From: an uncultured Dehalococcoidales bacterium | Lineage (GTDB): Bacteria; Chloroflexota; Dehalococcoidia; Dehalococcoidales; UBA5760 | Assembly: GCA_964472625.1 (NCBI GenBank) | Contig: CAYYLM010000005.1 | Span: 15,576-79,575 of the forward strand | DNA: 64,000 nt | Reading direction: 5' to 3' | Shown: positions 29,321-38,874 of the stretch, in pieces | Layout of the letters: each line of letters begins with the position of its first letter | Position numbering within the stretch: the first letter of the stretch is position 1 | Position numbers and translations under genes: made by a program | Notes under the pieces: model-generated | Seen by the model: the letters and a program-made list of their open reading frames with translations, nothing else | The model's database searches: none | What the model was told of the DNA's origin: nothing

Positions 29321-29344
29321 AACGTAGAATTAAACGTAGAATTA
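29321..29344 (+). repeat. Perfect 12-bp tandem duplication AACGTAGAATTA x2
   Basis: It is seen directly between the fmt stop and the mazG start, about 34 nt upstream of the mazG TTG. Confidence 0.9.
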
Positions 29345-29377
29345 CATGTTTAGCATAAGGATTGGAGGGAAGCCAGT

Positions 29378-30160
29378 TTGTTGCCACCGCAGAACCTGGA
29401 CCAGTTCGCCACCCTGGTGGATATTATCGCTAAGCTGAGAGCGCCGGATGGCTGTCCCTGGGATAGAAAGCAGACCCACCGTTCACTGCGAGAAAACCTA
29501 CTTGAGGAGTGCTATGAGGTGCTTGAGGCTCTGGACGGGGGGGACTCAGAGCGGCTTAGTGATGAACTGGGCGACCTCTTGATGCAGGTGGTGCTTCATG
29601 CCCAGATAGCTCGTGAGGCCGGTGAGTTTGAGCTCGGGGATGTCTTGCACAAGATAAACACCAAGCTCATTCACCGTCATCCTCATATCTTTGGCTCCCA
29701 GAAGGTAAAGGATGCCGACGAGGTGACCCATAACTGGGAACTCCTCAAGCGGGAGGAGAGAGAAGCCGGTGCCTCTCTGCTGGATGGCGTCCCCAAGGAG
29801 ATGCCGGCTTTGTCCTTTAGCCAGCGGGTTCAGGGTCGGGTGGCCCGGGTTGGCTTTGACTGGAAGGACTTAAGCGGCGTTATCGATAAACTGGCTGAGG
29901 AGGTTACCGAGCTGAGACAGGCCGCTAACCAAGAGGAAAAGGCAGCGGAGTTTGGTGACCTGCTCTTTACCCTAGCCAATGTTGCCCGGCGGGAGGGGGT
30001 TGATCTGGAGTCAGCGCTCCGCGAGGCAAACGAGCGCTTTTATAAGCGCTTTACCGGTATGGAGGAGCTCTGCCGAAAACGGGGGCTAAAATTTAGCGAG
30101 CTATCCTTTGACGAGCAGAACGAGCTCTGGGAAGAGGCGAAGCGGAAAGTAGATAGATGA
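29378..30160 (+). CDS. mazG: Nucleoside triphosphate pyrophosphohydrolase MazG
   Basis: 260 aa. It has tandem MazG domains (CPWDRKQTHRSLRENLLEECYEVLEA...ELGDLLMQV and EEVTEL...EFGDLLFTLAN). The TTG start follows GGAGGGA. Confidence 0.9.
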   Translation: MLPPQNLDQFATLVDIIAKLRAPDGCPWDRKQTHRSLRENLLEECYEVLEALDGGDSERLSDELGDLLMQVVLHAQIAREAGEFELGDVLHKINTKLIHRHPHIFGSQKVKDADEVTHNWELLKREEREAGASLLDGVPKEMPALSFSQRVQGRVARVGFDWKDLSGVIDKLAEEVTELRQAANQEEKAAEFGDLLFTLANVARREGVDLESALREANERFYKRFTGMEELCRKRGLKFSELSFDEQNELWEEAKRKVDR

Positions 30161-30165
30161 AGCGT

Positions 30166-30242
30166 TGGTCGGGGTGAGAGGACTTGAACCTCCGACCTCA
30201 GCGTCCCGAACGCTGCGCGCTACCAGGCTGCGCTACACCCCG
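30166..30242 (-). tRNA. tRNA-Pro (anticodon CGG), CCA encoded
   Basis: The reverse complement CGGGGTGTAGCGCAGCCTGGTAGCGCGCAGCGTTCGGGACGCTGAGGTCGGAGGTTCAAGTCCTCTCACCCCGACCA folds as a cloverleaf. The acceptor pairs CGGGGTG/CACCCCG, the anticodon loop is TTCGGGA and the T-loop is TTCAAGT. Confidence 0.93.
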
Positions 30243-30285
30243 CTCAAGATATTATAGGCGGATTTTAACGGTGGGGCAACCCTCC

Positions 30286-30314
30286 TTGACTACTAAAGGT
30301 TATTATGGTATTGA
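30286..30314 (+). promoter_or_regulatory. Putative promoter TTGACT-N17-TATTGA placing the TSS at or near the ATG (possible leaderless mRNA)
   Basis: The -10-like hexamer ends 6 nt before the ATG at 30321. No convincing SD lies between them. Confidence 0.4.
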
Positions 30315-30320
30315 GAACCC

Positions 30321-31517
30321 ATGAAGTACTGCGTTTTGATAATTGACGGGGCTTCAGGCCTGCCGCTATCTGAGCGAGATGGTAAGACAACATCTCTAGG
30401 GCTGGCGAGCACCCCCAATTTGGATTCTATAGCGTCTCAGGGCATACTGGGGCTCTGCCGCACGGTGCCTGAGGGGATGGAGCCCTCCAGTGCCTGTGCC
30501 TGTATCTCGGTACTCGGTTATGACCCCAAGGTCTACTACCGGGGCCGGAGCGCTATTGAAGCCAAGAGCATGGGCATCCCGGTTAGTGCTGGAGAGGTTA
30601 CCTTTCGCTGTAACCTGGTGGCGGTTAAGGACGGCCGGATGTGGGACTATAGCTCGGGTCATATCAGCACCGAGGAAGCGCGAGAGCTTATCTCGGCTTT
30701 AAATGAGAGCCTGGGTGATGATAGAACATGTTTCTACCCCGGGGTGAGTTACCGTCATATCTTGAAACTGGGAGGAGAGGAGGCTAGCCTAAAGGCGACC
30801 TGTACGCCACCTCATGATATACCTGATAAGCCCGTCAGTGAGTTTCTGCCCCAGGGGCCGGGGAGTGAGCTGCTAAGGGACCTGCTGAGACGCTCCGAAG
30901 CACTGCTTCGGAATCACCCTGTAAACGTAAGGCGAAGGTCTCGAGGTGAGGTCCCGGCTACGATGATATGGCTCTTCTGGGGTAGTGGCCAGGTGCCTGA
31001 TATGCCGCCTTTCCAGCAGGTTTATGGCCTTACGGCGGCCATAACCTCCGGGGTTGACCTGCTACGGGGGTTGGGGAGGATGGTGGGCATGGATGTCTTG
31101 GAAATACCAGGGGTTACCGATGGCCTGGACAATGACTATGCGGCCCAGGCGGCCGGTGCTCTGGCGGCTCTTGAGGAATACGACCTGGCCGTTATCCATG
31201 TTGAGGCGCCGGATGAGGCGGCTCATGCCGGCTCGATTGATGATAAAGTGGCGGCTATCGAAAGAGTAGATAGCGAGGTGGTCAAGCAGCTCCGTTGCTG
31301 GGAAGGAGATTCCCTCCGGGTTCTGGTTATGCCTGACCACCCCACCCCGATAGTGACCCGGACCCATTCCCCCGCCCCGGTGCCATTTGTGCTCTGGGGG
31401 CCGGGGTTTGAGGCTAACGGGGCGGTTAGATTTACCGAGGCTGAGGCCGAAAAAACCAATTTACTTATTGACCCGGGTTATAGTATTATGAGCCGATTGG
31501 TGGAGGTTGAGGATTAA
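30321..31517 (+). CDS. Cofactor-independent phosphoglycerate mutase family protein (ApgM-like; the subgroup proposed as alternative homoserine kinase)
   Basis: 398 aa with LIIDGASG, the metalloenzyme-superfamily motifs HVEAPDEAAHAG and MPDHPTP. Its stop abuts the aspartate kinase start (TAAATG). Confidence 0.8.
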   Translation: MKYCVLIIDGASGLPLSERDGKTTSLGLASTPNLDSIASQGILGLCRTVPEGMEPSSACACISVLGYDPKVYYRGRSAIEAKSMGIPVSAGEVTFRCNLVAVKDGRMWDYSSGHISTEEARELISALNESLGDDRTCFYPGVSYRHILKLGGEEASLKATCTPPHDIPDKPVSEFLPQGPGSELLRDLLRRSEALLRNHPVNVRRRSRGEVPATMIWLFWGSGQVPDMPPFQQVYGLTAAITSGVDLLRGLGRMVGMDVLEIPGVTDGLDNDYAAQAAGALAALEEYDLAVIHVEAPDEAAHAGSIDDKVAAIERVDSEVVKQLRCWEGDSLRVLVMPDHPTPIVTRTHSPAPVPFVLWGPGFEANGAVRFTEAEAEKTNLLIDPGYSIMSRLVEVED

Positions 31518-32738
31518 ATGGCTTTAGTCGTGCAGAAGTATGGTGGCACCTCGGTGGCGGATGCTGAGAGGATTAAGAACGTCGCCCGGCGCATTGCGGC
31601 TACTAAAGACAAGGGTAATCAGGTGGTCGTCGTCGTCTCGGCGATGGGCGATACCACCGACGAACTCATTGAGCTGGCTTACCAGTTGGCTGAGGAACCC
31701 AGCGCCCGGGAGCTTGACCTTCTCCTCTCCACCGGTGAGATTGTTTCCAGCACTCTGCTAGCTATGGCGCTTCGGGATATGGGCTGTGAAGCCATTAGCC
31801 TGAGCGGGGCTCAGGCTGGGATACAGACTGATTCTGCTCACCGACAGGCTCGTATCCTTAAGGTTGAAGCTAAGCGGGTGATCAAGGAGCTGGAGGCAGG
31901 GAAGATTGTCATTGTGGCTGGCTTTCAGGGGGTTACCGGTGAGATGGATATAACTACCCTGGGGCGGGGTGGCTCAGACACGACCGCAGTGGCTCTGGCG
32001 GCAAGCCTCGGCGCCAGTGTCTGTCAGGTATATACCGATGTTGACGGTGTCCACACTGCCGACCCGCGGCTTACCCCTGAGGCCAAGCCGCTAACCGAGA
32101 TTGGCTATGAGGAGATGCTGGAGCTAGCCACCTATGGGGCTAAGGTGGTACACCCCCGGGCGGTGGAGCTGGGGGAGCTCTATGATATTCCCATCCTAGT
32201 AGCCTCAAGCTTTAGTGATACGCCGGGGACTCTAATTCACGGAGGAGCGTCTATGGAAGTGCGAAATAAAGTAATGGGTATCGCTCACGACCTTGATGTC
32301 GCCAAGATAACCGTCGTTGGTGTTCCTGACCGACCGGGCATTGCCGCTGCCATCTTCCAGCCTTTAGCTCAGGCTGGTATCAGCGTTGACACCATTGTTC
32401 AGAACGCCAGTATTGAGAATATTACCGATTTAACCTTTACCGTGGCTAAGAGTGAACTGGCGGGGGCGATGCGGGTCGTGGAGCCAATCGCCAAACAGAT
32501 TAAAGCTAGGGAGTGCCTTAGCGATTCCAAGCTGGGCAAGGTCAGCATTATTGGTACCGGCATGCAGAATAATCCGGGCTATGCCGCACGCATGTTTACC
32601 ACCCTTAGTGAACGGGGCATCAATATTCAGCTCATCACGACCTCGGAGATAAGGATAACCTGCATTATTGATGCGGCTAGGGTTGAGGATGCGGTGCGTG
32701 CCCTGCACCGGGCTTTTGAGCTGGAAACCGTGGCGTAA
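31518..32738 (+). CDS. lysC: Aspartate kinase (with two C-terminal ACT domains)
   Basis: VVQKYGGTSV, VVVVSAMGDTTD, LGRGGSDTTAVALAA and YTDVDGVHTADPR are present, followed by the ACT pair (KITVVGVPDRPGIAA..., VSIIGTGM). Confidence 0.93.
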   Translation: MALVVQKYGGTSVADAERIKNVARRIAATKDKGNQVVVVVSAMGDTTDELIELAYQLAEEPSARELDLLLSTGEIVSSTLLAMALRDMGCEAISLSGAQAGIQTDSAHRQARILKVEAKRVIKELEAGKIVIVAGFQGVTGEMDITTLGRGGSDTTAVALAASLGASVCQVYTDVDGVHTADPRLTPEAKPLTEIGYEEMLELATYGAKVVHPRAVELGELYDIPILVASSFSDTPGTLIHGGASMEVRNKVMGIAHDLDVAKITVVGVPDRPGIAAAIFQPLAQAGISVDTIVQNASIENITDLTFTVAKSELAGAMRVVEPIAKQIKARECLSDSKLGKVSIIGTGMQNNPGYAARMFTTLSERGINIQLITTSEIRITCIIDAARVEDAVRALHRAFELETVA

Positions 32739-32786
32739 GCTTGTTTTAGCTCTCGCTTGTCGCGGCTTCCCGTGGTTGGTTTTAAC

Positions 32787-32815
32787 TTGTGATGCTAGGT
32801 GGACTGGAATATAAT
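32787..32815 (+). promoter_or_regulatory. Putative promoter TTGTGA-N17-TATAAT
   Basis: A perfect -10 lies at 32810-32815, about 35 nt upstream of the GTG at 32849, which follows GGAGG. Confidence 0.45.
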
Positions 32816-32848
32816 TATCAAAAGTAGATAAGTGGAGGTCTTCAGGCG

Positions 32849-33658
32849 GTGGTGGAGACGGAGGCAGCCGGATTAAGGCAGCGTCGTAGCAAGCAGGCTG
32901 TTGAGCTGGCGATGCAGGGTCGGTGGCGGGAGGCGGCGGCCATTAATCAAAGCCTGGTGGAGAGCTTTCCCAGCGATGTCAGTGCTTATAATCGGCTCGG
33001 CAGGGCATATATGGAGATCGGCGATTTCTCTCATGCTTGGGAAGCCTATAGCCGGGCAATAGAGCTTGACCCCTATAATAATATTGCCCGAAAGAATCTT
33101 GATCGGCTGTCTCGTTTAAGGGAGGTCATTATCGGTGCGCCGGACGATTCTCGCGTTGAACCCCTGCACTTCATCGAGGAAACGGGTAAGGCGGGGGTAG
33201 TTAATCTTTATCACCTTGGGCCGCCGGAGGTAGTGGCTAATATGGTGGCCGGTGATAGGGTGTATTTGAAGGTAAAAGGAAATGGTTTAGCGGTTGAGAA
33301 TGGTCGCGGTGAGTATCTGGGGCAGGTCGAACTCAAGCATGCTCAGCGGCTTATTAGATTAATGGCGGGCGGCAATGAGTATACTGCGGCTGTCGTCAGT
33401 ACGACAGAGGACACCGCAGCCATAATTATTAGGGAGGTATTCCAGCACCCCAGTCAGGTCGGGCGTCTTTCCTTCCCCGCCAAGGAATTCAAGAGCCCCC
33501 GGCCTTACATCAGTGATAGAGTGACCAAGCACGAGCCTGAGCCTGAGCTGGAATATGAGGAGGAGCCCGAGGTTGAGGAGGAGTCGGGTTACACTATTGT
33601 CGGTGTTGAGGGTAAAGAACCTATGTCTGAGGAGCCTGCCGGCGGGCAGGTGGGCTGA
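32849..33658 (+). CDS. TPR-repeat protein with uncharacterised middle domain and acidic tail
   Basis: 269 aa. The N-terminal part has TPR-like helices (AYNRLGRAYMEIGDFSHAWEAYSRAIELDPYNNIARKNL). The C-terminal tail is EPEPELEYEEEPEVEEE. I recognised no catalytic motif. Confidence 0.55.
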   Translation: MVETEAAGLRQRRSKQAVELAMQGRWREAAAINQSLVESFPSDVSAYNRLGRAYMEIGDFSHAWEAYSRAIELDPYNNIARKNLDRLSRLREVIIGAPDDSRVEPLHFIEETGKAGVVNLYHLGPPEVVANMVAGDRVYLKVKGNGLAVENGRGEYLGQVELKHAQRLIRLMAGGNEYTAAVVSTTEDTAAIIIREVFQHPSQVGRLSFPAKEFKSPRPYISDRVTKHEPEPELEYEEEPEVEEESGYTIVGVEGKEPMSEEPAGGQVG

Positions 33659-33688
33659 TAACAGTGAAGAATAAGGGGTCAGGTAAGC

Positions 33689-36127
33689 ATGGTTTCGGGT
33701 AAGATCAAGCCAGTCAACATTGAAGATGAGATAAAGAGTTCTTATCTCGACTACGCGATGAGTGTCATCGTTTCCCGGGCTTTACCCGATGTGCGGGATG
33801 GGTTAAAGCCAGTCCACCGGCGTATTCTTTATGCCATGCAGGGCCTCGGACTAACTCATACCAGCCCACATCGGAAGAGTGCCCGTGTCGTCGGTGAGGT
33901 GCTGGGTAAATATCACCCCCACGGCGATACCTCGGTTTATGATGCCATGGTGCGTATGGCGCAGGATTTCTCCATGCGCTACGTGCTCATCGATGGGCAG
34001 GGTAATTTCGGTAGTGTCGATAATGACCCTCCGGCCGCGATGCGTTATACCGAAGTAAGGCTAGCGCCCATTTCTCAGGAGATGCTCGCTGACATTGATA
34101 AGGATACTGTGGACTTCATGCCCAACTTTGACAGTAGCCTGGAGGAGCCCACGGTTCTCCCCGCTCGGCTACCTAATTTGCTTATTAGTGGCAGCTCCGG
34201 TATTGCGGTTGGTATGGCCACCAATATCCCGCCTCACAATCTGGGCGAGGTCTGTGATGCTATCTCTTATCTCGTTGATAACCCCGAAGCCACCGTTAAT
34301 GAACTTATCCAGTTTGTTAAGGGGCCTGATTTTCCTACCGCAGGCGTCATTCTGGGGCGGGATGGTATCAAGAGTGCCTACGCTACCGGGCATGGCAAGG
34401 TAGTCATTCAAGCTAAGGCTCACACGGTAGATACCCCAGAAGCCGGGCGTCGCCAGATAGTGGTTACTGAGCTTCCCTACCAGACGAACAAGGCGGCCCT
34501 TATCGAGCGGATAGCGGAGCTGGTTAAGGACAAGAAACTCAAGGGCATTAGTGACATTCGTGATGAGTCAGACCGTCAGGGTATGCGTATTGTTATTGAA
34601 CTGAGGAAGGATACCCAGCCCCGGCCGGTGCTTAATAACCTCTATAAGTTTACCGCCATGCAGTCGGCTTTCTTCATCAACATGCTGGCTCTGGTCGATG
34701 GGCAGCCCCGGGTAATCAGCCTTAAAGAGGCGCTTCAGCACTATATTGACTTCCGTAGCGAGGTTATCACCCGTCGCTCTCGTTTTGAGCTTAAGGAGGC
34801 TAAAGCCAGAGCCCATATTCTGGAAGGGCTTAAGATTGCCCTAGACCAGATTGATAAGGTAATTAGCACCATCCGAAAATCGGAGACGGCTGAGGCAGCC
34901 CGCCAGAACCTGATGACTAATTTCAGCTTATCTCAGGCGCAGGCACAGGCGATTCTTGATATGCCGCTGCGTCGTCTGGCTAACCTGGAGCGGCAGAAGA
35001 TACTCGACGAGTATGCTGAGGTGATACAGAGAATCGCTTATCTGGGAGAGCTTTTGGCTAATCCCAAGCGGATACTTATCTTGGTGCAGGAAGAGGTGGC
35101 TGATCTGAAGTCCAAATATGCTGACCCGCGGCGGACGGAGATACAGGAGCAGGGGTTAATCGAGTTCAGCGAGGAGGACCTGATTCCGCACCAGAGAATG
35201 GTGGTGACCTTAAGCAAGCGGGGCTTTGTCAAGAGGGTAGCCTCTCAGGCCTATAGGGTGCAGCATCGTGGTGGTAAGGGGATCATCGGCATGGTGACCC
35301 GGGAGCAGGATGCCGTCAGGCTCCTGGTGGTGGCTGATACCCATGACCGGCTCTACTTCTTCACCAACCGGGGTAAGGTCTTTTGCCTCAAGTGCCATGA
35401 AATTCCAGCGGACAGTTCTCGTACCGGTAAAGGGACGGCGGTGATTAATCTTTTCCCGGTGGCTGAGGGAGAGCGGGTGACCGCTATGGTCGCGGTCAGC
35501 GATTTCAAACGGGGCGATTACCTTATCATGGCGACCTGTGGTGGGGAGGTGAAAAAGACGGCGGTGCAGAGTTTCATTCAGGTGCGCTCCAGCGGGCTTA
35601 TCGCTATGGATTTGGAAGAAGGCGATGAGCTGTGTGCTACTAATCTGGCCAACGATCAGGACGAACTCGTTCTGGTGACGAGGAAAGGGCAGTCTATCAA
35701 GTTTGCGGTTTCTGAACTGAGGGCAAGCTTGAGAACCAGCGGTGGTGTGCGTGGTATCCGGCTAGCCTCTGATGACCGGGTGGTTAGCATGGGGATTGTC
35801 TATCCGGATACCTTCTTACTGGTCGTTACCACTAACGGCTTCGGTAAGCTTACTAAAGTGGGTGACTACCCCCGTCAGCACCGGGCGGGTAGTGGGGTAA
35901 AGACTTTTAGGGTCGTTGAGAAAACGGGTGAGGTTATTGATGCTAAGATCGTTTCCAGATCCCAGCAGCTGATGATAATATCGGCTGAGGGCATCATCAC
36001 GCGCACGCTGGTAAAGGGGAAAGGCCCCAAGAAGGGTATTTCTATTCAGGGTAGGAGTACCCAGGGGGTGAGGCTGATGAGGCTGGAGGAAGGCGATCAG
36101 GTAGTGGCCATCGCCTGTTTTGAGTAG
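33689..36127 (+). CDS. gyrA: DNA gyrase subunit A
   Basis: [32 protein letters not shown] and [20 protein letters not shown] (QRDR region) are present, with the active-site AAMRYTE and C-terminal beta-pinwheel repeats. Confidence 0.97.
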   Translation: MVSGKIKPVNIEDEIKSSYLDYAMSVIVSRALPDVRDGLKPVHRRILYAMQGLGLTHTSPHRKSARVVGEVLGKYHPHGDTSVYDAMVRMAQDFSMRYVLIDGQGNFGSVDNDPPAAMRYTEVRLAPISQEMLADIDKDTVDFMPNFDSSLEEPTVLPARLPNLLISGSSGIAVGMATNIPPHNLGEVCDAISYLVDNPEATVNELIQFVKGPDFPTAGVILGRDGIKSAYATGHGKVVIQAKAHTVDTPEAGRRQIVVTELPYQTNKAALIERIAELVKDKKLKGISDIRDESDRQGMRIVIELRKDTQPRPVLNNLYKFTAMQSAFFINMLALVDGQPRVISLKEALQHYIDFRSEVITRRSRFELKEAKARAHILEGLKIALDQIDKVISTIRKSETAEAARQNLMTNFSLSQAQAQAILDMPLRRLANLERQKILDEYAEVIQRIAYLGELLANPKRILILVQEEVADLKSKYADPRRTEIQEQGLIEFSEEDLIPHQRMVVTLSKRGFVKRVASQAYRVQHRGGKGIIGMVTREQDAVRLLVVADTHDRLYFFTNRGKVFCLKCHEIPADSSRTGKGTAVINLFPVAEGERVTAMVAVSDFKRGDYLIMATCGGEVKKTAVQSFIQVRSSGLIAMDLEEGDELCATNLANDQDELVLVTRKGQSIKFAVSELRASLRTSGGVRGIRLASDDRVVSMGIVYPDTFLLVVTTNGFGKLTKVGDYPRQHRAGSGVKTFRVVEKTGEVIDAKIVSRSQQLMIISAEGIITRTLVKGKGPKKGISIQGRSTQGVRLMRLEEGDQVVAIACFE

Positions 36128-36163
36128 TAGACCGAGCTAATCCCTCCCTAGAGGAGAGTTCAG

Positions 36164-36853
36164 ATGAAGCTAGTTTTTATCCCTGGAGCCGCTTGTGGTA
36201 AGAGGGCGTGGCTGTGTCAGGCCCTATATTTTGCTGATTCGGAAGTGATTGCCCTGCCTGGTCATCCTGAAGGTAAGCCCTGCTCCAGCGTTGATGGTTA
36301 CGTGGCGTGGCTGCGGGGCTACCTTGAGGAGCAGTCGCATCAGGATGTCGTTCTAGCCGGTCATTCTATGGGGGGTGCTGTGGTTCAGCAGTACGGGCTG
36401 AAGCATGGCGATGGGATAAAGGCTTTGGTTTTAATTGGCACCGGAGCTAGACTCAGGATTCACCCTGACCTGCTTGAGGCAATTAGGGGTATGATCGATA
36501 GTAAGCGGGCATGGCGGGAGTATTTGGAAGAGCGTCATCGTAACGCAGTGCCTGAAGTTAGGCGGACCATAATTGAAGAGCGGCTGCGCATTGGGCCGGC
36601 GGTGATGCTGAACGACCTGCTCGCCTGTGATAAGTTTGACATGCTGGCGGAGGTCCATAATATCAAGCTGCCGACGCTGGTTATCGGTGGCAGTGAAGAC
36701 GACCTGACACCCGTAAAATATGCGCACTATCTAACGAGCCAGATTAAGGGAGCCCGTGAGGTTATCGTTCCCGGGGCAGCTCACTGGGTGCTCACCGAGA
36801 AACCGAAAGAGGTTAATCAGGCGATAGAGCGCTTTCTTGCCGAGCTTGCCTGA
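36164..36853 (+). CDS. Alpha/beta-fold hydrolase
   Basis: 229 aa with the nucleophile elbow GHSMGG and a C-terminal His (GAAHW) typical of the fold. Confidence 0.7.
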   Translation: MKLVFIPGAACGKRAWLCQALYFADSEVIALPGHPEGKPCSSVDGYVAWLRGYLEEQSHQDVVLAGHSMGGAVVQQYGLKHGDGIKALVLIGTGARLRIHPDLLEAIRGMIDSKRAWREYLEERHRNAVPEVRRTIIEERLRIGPAVMLNDLLACDKFDMLAEVHNIKLPTLVIGGSEDDLTPVKYAHYLTSQIKGAREVIVPGAAHWVLTEKPKEVNQAIERFLAELA

Positions 36854-38681
36854 GTGCAGCGTGTTTCTGCCGGCAGGCTGGATGACGGCGCTGGAGACCA
36901 CAGGCACTGCAGTCCCGATAACGGCAATCTGGGGTTTCCTGGTTTTTGAGGGCGTTTTTAAATTCTCGCTTGAGGAAGGCTTGGGTTACTCCAATATCTA
37001 TGTGAGCCCAGGGTAACGGCTCGTCCAGGGATAGTTCCCGCTGGGCATAGAAACTAGGTTCAAGTCCGGTCTCCTGGAAGGCACGGAGCCAGTTTTCGTA
37101 ATTAAAGTGCTCGCTCCAGCCGTCGAAGGTGTTACCCAGTTGCCAGGCGTGATGGATAACCCTGCCTAACCGGCGGTCGCCTCGTGACATAGCGGCTTCA
37201 AGCTGGCTTACCTTTGGGTCGTTCCAGGATAGCCTGACCTCCTTACGGCGCAGCCTCTGTTTCAGAAGCTCAATCTTGGCGTTTAGCTGCTCTTCGCTTT
37301 CCTGAGTCACCCACTGAAAGGGGGTGTGCGGTTTGGGCACGAAGGTGGACAGGCTGACCCTTATCTGGGGTCTCCGGCCCCTGGTTCTTTTCCCTAGGGA
37401 GCTGATTTTGTCTATCAGGTCGGCTATTGCCTCAATATCGTCCCTAGTCTCGTTAGGCAGGCCAAGCATAAAGTAGAGCTTGAGAGCGTTCCAGCCACGG
37501 CTGAAGGCTTCGGCAGCGGTTCCCAGGATGGTATCCTCGGAGGTGTTCTTGTTGATTGCTTGCCTGAGTCGCTGGCTACCGGCCTCAGGGGCAAAGGTGA
37601 GCCCGGTTCTTTTGTGGGTGGCTAGAGAGTCGAGTAATCTAAGCGATAGGTTATCAATCCGCAGACTGGGCAGTGACAGGATGAGATTCTGGTCTTGATA
37701 GCGTTGGAACAGGCTGGCTACCAGCTCGTCAAGGTGGGGGTAGTCGCTGGTGCTTAAGGAAACCAGGGAGAATTCGTTATAGCCACAGTTAGCAATAAGC
37801 TCACCGACTGCCCTGAGCACCTCCTCTGGGGAGCGTTCCCGCACCGGACGGTATATGTTTCCCGCCTGGCAGAAGCGGCAGCCGCGGCTACAGCCCCGCT
37901 GAATCTCAACGGCTCCCCGGTCGTGGGTAATCTCGATATAGGGGACAACCGGTCTGGTGGGTGGTGGTGGTAACTCGTTTACTAGCTGCCTTTCAATACG
38001 GGGTCTAGCCTCGGTTACAGTGGGGGTGATGCTTTGGAAAAGACCGCTGGCCTCGTAGGCTACCTGGTAGAGACTGGGTACGTAGATACCGGCTACCTGC
38101 GCCAGCCGGCGCAAGCGCTCTTCTCTAGGGGCCATCTCCTTTTTCCAGTCCCGGAGGGAGCTAAGTAGCTCAAGGACAGCCTCTTCGCCGTCCCCGATTA
38201 CGAAGCCGTCAATGAAGTCTGCCATCGGCTCGGGGTTTAGGGCGCAGCTACCACCGGCGATGACCAGGGGGTGGGAGACACTTCTTTCTGAGGCGAGCAG
38301 TGGAATCCGGGCGAGGTCGAGCATATTGAGCACGTTGGTATAGGTGAGTTCGTAGCCCAGGGAAAAGCCGATGATGTCGAAATCCTGCAAGGGGTGCTTG
38401 GATTCCAAGCTGAAGAGCGGAATACCGCTACTGCGGAGTTGGGCAGCCATATCGGGCCAGGGAGCAAAGGCCCTTTCCGCTAGTACATCCGGCTGGCTAT
38501 TGAGTAGCTCGTAGAGGATGTGTATCGCCAGGGTGGACATCCCGAGCTCGTACAGGTCCGGGTAGGAGAGGACAATCCGGAGCGGGGTCTTGTCCCAGTC
38601 TTTGGTGACGCTGTTCCACTCGCCGCCGGTATAGCGGGCGGGCTTAATCACTTGGCTCAAAACATTATCGAGCTCGGTCAA
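36813..38681 (-). CDS. B12-binding-domain radical SAM protein
   Basis: 622 aa. It has an N-terminal B12-binding-like domain (FDIIGFSLGYELTY) and a radical SAM site (EIQRGCSRGCRFCQAG). The TTG start follows AGGAG. The 3' end overlaps the convergent hydrolase gene by 41 nt. Confidence 0.85.
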   Translation of the reverse strand: MTELDNVLSQVIKPARYTGGEWNSVTKDWDKTPLRIVLSYPDLYELGMSTLAIHILYELLNSQPDVLAERAFAPWPDMAAQLRSSGIPLFSLESKHPLQDFDIIGFSLGYELTYTNVLNMLDLARIPLLASERSVSHPLVIAGGSCALNPEPMADFIDGFVIGDGEEAVLELLSSLRDWKKEMAPREERLRRLAQVAGIYVPSLYQVAYEASGLFQSITPTVTEARPRIERQLVNELPPPPTRPVVPYIEITHDRGAVEIQRGCSRGCRFCQAGNIYRPVRERSPEEVLRAVGELIANCGYNEFSLVSLSTSDYPHLDELVASLFQRYQDQNLILSLPSLRIDNLSLRLLDSLATHKRTGLTFAPEAGSQRLRQAINKNTSEDTILGTAAEAFSRGWNALKLYFMLGLPNETRDDIEAIADLIDKISSLGKRTRGRRPQIRVSLSTFVPKPHTPFQWVTQESEEQLNAKIELLKQRLRRKEVRLSWNDPKVSQLEAAMSRGDRRLGRVIHHAWQLGNTFDGWSEHFNYENWLRAFQETGLEPSFYAQRELSLDEPLPWAHIDIGVTQAFLKREFKNALKNQETPDCRYRDCSACGLQRRHPACRQKHAALRQARQESALSPD

Positions 38682-38710
38682 TTAAAAACTCCTAACCCAA
38701 AGTTGCCTTT

Positions 38711-38810
38711 GTAGTCAGTTCCAAAAACTTGCCGAAGTATGCTGCCTCATGAAGTCAGCCCAAAGACTTATTGAAGTATGCTACCTCATGAAGTCAGTTT
38801 AAAAACTCTG
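38711..38810 (+). repeat. Second 39/40-bp-period tandem repeat (2 full + 1 partial unit), related to the 16.5-kb array but in opposite orientation relative to flanking genes
   Basis: Units begin at 38711 (GTAGTCAGTTCCAAAAACTTGCCGAAGTATGCTGCCTCAT), 38751 (GAAGTCAGCCCAAAGACTTATTGAAGTATGCTACCTCAT) and 38790 (GAAGTCAGTTTAAAAACTCTG...). Confidence 0.85.
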
Positions 38811-38874
38811 ATGGCTAATTATAGTTTAAGATGGGGAAGTAATCCAGCCTCGCGCTCAGTATCGGTTAGTTCCC

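Noticed and set aside
30166-30242. tRNA-Pro (and tRNA-Glu at 46225-46300) as integration sites of genomic islands
   Set aside because: No integrase, no duplicated tRNA 3' end and no phage or plasmid genes are nearby. The AT-rich patch next to tRNA-Glu holds only the interrupted surface-protein gene.
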